Under the pieces are notes generated by a model. It made no database searches. It saw only the letters and a list, made by a program, of their open reading frames with translations, and was not told the DNA's origin. A stretch of 64,000 nucleotides of DNA from NCBI RefSeq assembly GCF_009914755.1, contig NC_060936.1; one strand, given 5' to 3'. This document shows positions 59,201 through 64,000 of this stretch, in pieces (position 1 is the stretch's first letter; each line of letters opens with the position of its first letter). Source of the stretch: the human T2T-CHM13v2.0 reference genome, Homo sapiens. The position numbers and the translations under genes are program-made.

Positions 59201-60295
59201 CATACTATTTAATACACTTTTGGTTGCAGATGTCAGAATAGCAACTCAAGCTACTTTATGACTAAGAGGCATTTACTGGCTTATTTGACAGTATAGTACT
59301 AGCTTCAGGTATGATTGGATCCGGCTACACTAGGAATTGCCTTTATCTCCTTGATTTTGGTTCTTTTATTTTGGTTTCACCCTCAGGCTGACCCTGTCTT
59401 CAGGCAATTCTCAAGCAGCTCTAGGATTTTTAAAATTTCATTCTTAAAAGAAGATGCCTTTTCCTAGTACATAGTTGGTACCATATTGACTCCTGCTGCC
59501 CTTGCTTGAACCTAAGTCAATTGTGTGGCCAGTGATGGGGGTGGGGAGATACAGTACATTAACCTTTCATCTGGGGGTAAGGGCAGTGTCATCCTACCCA
59601 CGTGGACTGAGAATAGATGTGGGCTATTCTTAAAAAGAAAACCAAGACACTGTTACTAAAAGGAGGGGGTCTGCAAAAACATGTAGTGTCCAGTGCGCAA
59701 TGCTATATAAATTCCAAGCATTTTAAGTTAACATTGCCTTGTTTGATTTTTAACATGACATTTTGTGAAAAGCGTCATTAACATTATCTGTAAACCATAG
59801 GTATGGAAATGGAGCTTTAGAGAGGCTAATTCGCAAAAGCAGCACATGTAGTGTTAATAGAAGACCCTGGATTCCATTAATCTTTCTTCCATTCAAATGT
59901 GGATGTCAAATGGACAGTTGGAAGTGTAGGCTCGTGAGCAACCCCCAGGCTAGAGTGGGTGGAGTCATATAATGGAGAAGTCATCCCTTGAGTTGCAGTT
60001 GTTGGATATGACCACCAAAGAGGTGGAAATTGCAGAGAAAGAGAAGGTCAGGCGATGGGACCAGGAGAGAAACAGCCACATTTGGGAGGGTTAGAACAAG
60101 GTCCTCAAAAAGATAGGAAGAGAATGAGAAAAGTAATGAGAAGAGTAATGTGCTAAAGACTACAGTTATCACTTCATAAATGCTTATTGTCTTTTTCAAA
60201 GTATCAGGAAAGCTTAAAGGAATTTTTAGTGAAATATTCATGACCATGATCCACTGATTTTGGAATGCTATAAACATGATGAAAATAACACAGTG

Positions 60296-60589
<294 letters not shown>

Positions 60590-60660
60590 AACATTGTGTT
60601 TGCATTGATGGCTAGCATCAGTTGTTTGGTGTTGATGATGATAATAATAGCTAACATGTA

Positions 60661-60945
60661 ACCAGGTGCTGTGACTCACGCCTGTAATCCCAGCACTTTG
60701 GGAGGCCGAGGCAGGCAGATCACCTGAGGTCAGGAGTTCGAGACCAGTCTGGCCAACATGGTGAAACCCCATCTCTACTAAAAATACAAAAATTAGCCAG
60801 GTGTGGTGGTGGGCACCTGTAATCCCAGCTACTGGGGAGGCTGAGGCAGGAGAATCGCTTGAACCCAGAAGGTGGAGGGATCATGCCACTGCACTCCAGC
60901 CTGGGCGACAGAGTGAGACTCTGTCTCCAAAACAACAACAAAAAA
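60661..60945 (+). mobile_element. AluS-type SINE with short deletion
   Basis: Lacks 'ttgcagtgagccga'; TSD gctaacat. Confidence 0.94.
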
Positions 60946-60959
60946 TTGCTAACATATGT

Positions 60960-61150
60960 TACCTATGTTACATACTCACATTATATTGCATGTAATCATT
61001 TACTCTTCACAATGATCCTATAAGGCAAGTATAGTGCTCTCTAGTTTACAGTTGAGGAAACTAAGGTACAGAGAGGTGAAATAACTGTGTCTGCTGTCTC
61101 ACAACTTTAGTGTATCCAGTTGGCTACACAATGGATTTTCTTAACTGCTG
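60960..61150 (-). mobile_element. MIR SINE
   Basis: 'tttacagttgaggaaactaaggtacagagaggtgaaataact'. Confidence 0.75.
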
Positions 61151-61496
61151 CATTGCACTGGGCAGCACTGAAGCAGGGCAGGTTAACAAAGGCCAGTCTT
61201 TTTTCTTATCTTTCTTGCAAAGAACATTTCAACCTACTGTTATTTATTTATTTTTTTTAATTTAAGTTTGGCCTTTGCTTACTTTCAAGTAGAACAATTG
61301 AAAGCATGTCAGAACAGCGCCATTTGATGTTGGAAGAATCTAAGCGTCATTCCTGCTCTGAAGGACTACTGGTCATTACTTACATGGGTGCTTATGACTG
61401 AAAAGGTCACGAGACAAAAAAAAAAAAGCTGTGAGAGAAAGACACACAAGGACAGTTTGGGTGGCAGTGTCACATCATTCATCAGTTTTACAATAG

Positions 61497-61918
<422 letters not shown>

Positions 61919-62597
61919 AGAGACTATCTTTTTGCTTCAAAAAGACAGTTTCTCAGTCCTGTGTTCTCTAGGGAATTCTGCCAACAATTGTTTTTTTCCC
62001 ATATCTGCTGCTCTGAGTTCCTCCACCTTTCCTAGAGTGGAAAATATCCTGATTCCTTAGTGCCTTTCTGAATTTTCAACACCATTTCACGGAAGCAACC
62101 TCAAAAATTATATCAGCATGAAATTTTGTTTTGAGTCAAGGTGTTTCATTAGCTGTGAAACAGCAGAAGAGGTTTTACTATTTCTATTTTGGACTCATAG
62201 AAGGAAATGCAAATGAATCAAAATCTATTATGCTTAGGTTTGAATGACTCCCTTTTTCTTATTTTGCTGGAGGATTACTCAGATTCTATTAAGGCCCTGT
62301 TGGTCTGTATCTTTCTTAATAGGATGTTGAGGTGGTGTAATGCATCCCTTATCACTGACCTGCATGTGTGACATGACTTGTATATTAAATTCCAGTACAT
62401 TTTAGTCTTCCATATTTTTTATCATAATATTCATTGGTTAAATAAAATCCTACTTAAGCAGATAACACACATTGGAGAATTTTATCATACTAATGTCTCC
62501 CTTAGTATAGTATGTTTTTCACATGGATGAGATACTCTTTTGCTCCTTCATTTTTGTTTTATTAACTATGTTTGTCTTTTTTTCCATGTAAATTTAG

Positions 62598-62914
<317 letters not shown>

Positions 62915-64000
62915 TCAAAGGTTTTTTTCTCACGGTAAAATTATGAGATGTGTTAATTGTGTTCTTTGTGTTGAAACCCTTTTTGGTGGAGGGTCTTTGG
63001 ATGTAGTATATCTCGTGGCTGCTGTAGGCTGCTAGATTTATTGCTATAAAGATAAATTCCAGCAGCTTTGAACAGATTTTTTAATGGGTGAATTTTTTAT
63101 CAAAAGCCTTTACATAGTTGGTCATGGCATTGAACTAATAGCATGTAGAAATCCAGGTTTGGAAAAGATGATTCTTCATTCTTTGGGATCTGCCACAGAA
63201 AGGATGGAGTATTACTCTAAACAAAGCGTGCCTCACAGTTTTTCTCACTGCCTTGACAAAGCCTTATCCCAGAATGGTTTGCCTTTGAGCTCTCCACTGC
63301 CCTGGCCTTGATGGTATGAGGGTTTCTGGATTGATATTAGAGATATTTACATCAATATCTAGGTTAATGTCTAGTTGAAGCCTGGGTTTCATTCTCTATT
63401 GCTTGAAATAAGCTCTTTCTGGCAACACTCTTTGGCAGTTTGGCAGTTGTTTTTTTTTTTCATATTTCTTTTAAATTTTAATTATAACCCATCAAGTCTT
63501 AAGCAATTACTTCTGGGTAGACTCTTGATGAATGTCATAGCAGGGTGTTTTAATTTAATAGATCCAGAATAACATCTGGTTCTAATATTTTAAAAGCCAA
63601 TTTATATGGAAATTTATTTAATACACAGTCAATACATGGAGACTTGTAAAAATCAAAATCAAAATGGAAAATCAATCTACTGTTCTGTAATAGGTCTTCT
63701 TTTAATAAAGGATTTTGCTCATGACTGGGTTCAACTGTTACTAGTTAACACTCAAAATATCAGTTTAGAAAAGGTAGCAACTTATTTCTCATACTGAAGA
63801 AATAGGAGGTAGTTAGCCCAGGGTCACTATGGTCTTTTGTAACAGGGACTGAGTTTCCCTCAATCTTACTGCTCTGCTCTCTGCATGATTTCTATTCCTA
63901 AGGACACCTTGTGGGCCAAGATGGCTGCTGGAACTCCAACCATTACATATGTGCTCCACTCAGCAGGAAGGAGGAGGGTAGGGGTGGAGGGGAGGGGTGC

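Overview
Primate (human-like) non-coding genomic DNA, AT-rich and dense in repeats. It holds about 33 Alu copies or fragments, several LTRs (LTR12C-like, MER50-like, LTR10C-like, THE1, MLT2A, MST/MLT1), a Tigger2a-like DNA transposon, a 5'-truncated L1PA 3' end, and older L1M, L2, MIR and CR1 relics. I found no credible protein-coding gene, RNA gene or CRISPR array. The supplied ORFs are Alu/LTR/L1 read-throughs or chance ORFs, and the only real protein homology is the L1 ORF2p C-terminus at about 57.0-57.25 kb. The + strand looks T-rich by eye and carries the best splice signals, so the window may be a long intron of a + strand gene that I cannot name (inference). I cannot support a new biological system. 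The best leads are candidate microexons at 27833-27847 and 32430-32458, three solo ERV1 LTRs within 4.3 kb, a head-to-head Alu pair 35 bp apart beside a triplicated target site, a triple-nested Alu, two 16-bp duplications that each double TGCATG, and several short perfect inverted repeats. Repeat subfamily names come from my recall of consensus sequences and need a Dfam/RepeatMasker check. Boundaries of old repeats are approximate.
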